Assembly (NCBI GenBank): GCA_963797485.1 | Contig: CAWCPF010000001.1 | Span: 219,567 to 283,566 of the forward strand | Reading direction: 5' to 3' | DNA from: an uncultured Chloroflexia bacterium | GTDB lineage: Bacteria > Chloroflexota > Anaerolineae > Anaerolineales > E44-bin32 | Length of the DNA stretch: 64,000 bases | Part shown: positions 63,210-64,000 of the stretch, piece after piece | How the letters are laid out: every line of letters starts with the position of its first letter | How positions within the stretch are numbered: position 1 is the first letter of the stretch | The notes under the pieces: model-generated | The model's database searches: none | Seen by the model: the letters and a program-made list of their open reading frames with translations, nothing else | What the model was told of the DNA's origin: nothing | Made by a program: the position numbers and the translations under genes

Positions 63210-64000
63210 TTGAGCCGGATCACCCGGGCCTTGCGTGATGAGGAGCCGCTGGCTATGGCCGGTCTGCTGGGCTTGGTGTGGCTGGTGCTCACCATCGGCT
63301 TCGGTGTCATCCCCTCCGCCGGCGGGGATGATTGGGTAACCTTCCAGGGTGCCGCCCATCACCTCCTGTCGGGCGAGCCTGTATACGGCCAATTGATCGG
63401 CGTCAGCTACTACTCCAACCCTCCCTGGCTGGCGGCCGTGCTCATACCGCTGGCGATCTTGCCCACTCGATGGGGGTGGGCCGCTCTCAATGGCCTGAAC
63501 CTGATCGTCATGGCCTGCTGGCCAGGCGATGGACCCAGGGATGGATCAAGCCCGTCCTGGTTTTGACGTCACCCGCTGCGCTCTACATCTTGCTGCACGG
63601 CCAGGTCGAGCCCCTGATCCTGGCAGCCGTCTTTCTTCCCCGTGAGTGGTGGCCGTTGGCGGCACTCACCAAGCCCCAAATCGGACTCGGGCTGGCCTTC
63701 GGCATCCAGCGCCGGGGGCTGCTCAGGGCGGCGCTGATTACTGTGGGTGTGCTGCTGCTGAGCTTGGTGCTCTTCGGCGCTTGGCCACGCGACCTGCTCG
63801 CGCAACCGACTCCATTTGTTGAAGGGGCCCACAACCTGTGGCTGGGGCTATGGCCGTTCCAAGTGCCCGCCGCCGTGGCGCTCATCCTGCTTGGCATGAG
63901 GCGCCACGACGAACGTCTCCTGGTGGCCGCCGGACCCTTTGCGTCGCCCTACGCCACGACGTCCAGTCTGATCGGACCGTGGCTGGCGCTGGTTTCATTC
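63210..64000 (+). CDS. GT87-like membrane glycosyltransferase, paralog of the previous gene (frameshift near 63515; runs off the right edge)
   Basis: DDW, YSNPPW; the shifted frame reads LHGQVEPL...TKPQIG...SPYA. Confidence 0.7.

Noticed and set aside
1..64000. CRISPR arrays, rRNA, tRNA, IS elements, prophage, programmed frameshifting
   Set aside because: No repeat-spacer arrays, RNA-gene signatures, transposases or integrases were seen. The frameshift sites share no common slippery motif.

Overview
A GC-rich (about 65% by eye), gene-dense stretch of core chromosome. It most likely comes from a monoderm Chloroflexota (Anaerolineae-like) bacterium, inferred from the secretin-less Tad locus, the Flp pilin type, the stand-alone rpoC and the many GT-C glycosyltransferases. 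Left to right it holds: dinB (partial), a CCA-adding/HD enzyme, hpt, tdk, rplU-rpmA-rpmE, an rpoC with no adjacent rpoB, a signalling cluster (large sensor kinase, REC-MinD-like protein, sirtuin, GAF kinase), mutL, a CtpA protease, an mgtE-led operon, rplY, pth, mfd, lon, folC, a phnDCEE-type ABC transporter, an HNH gene, a degU-degS-flp-cpaB-cpaE-cpaF-tadB-tadC-comF-hpf locus, and six GT-C-type membrane glycosyltransferases. I found no tRNA, rRNA, CRISPR array or mobile element. At least 14 genes, including normally essential ones, are broken by single frameshifts, which looks like indel error in the assembly. The best leads are: ribosomal protein bL31 fused to an RNA polymerase alpha-CTD-like domain; a roughly 245-nt structured leader before mgtE that does not look like the M-box riboswitch; three Rex-type palindromes; rpoC with its own promoter and an attenuator-like leader; a Tad pilus locus placed between DegSU and comF; PhnE permeases with inserted Ig-like domains; and a membrane-anchored protein with 15-residue beta-solenoid repeats.
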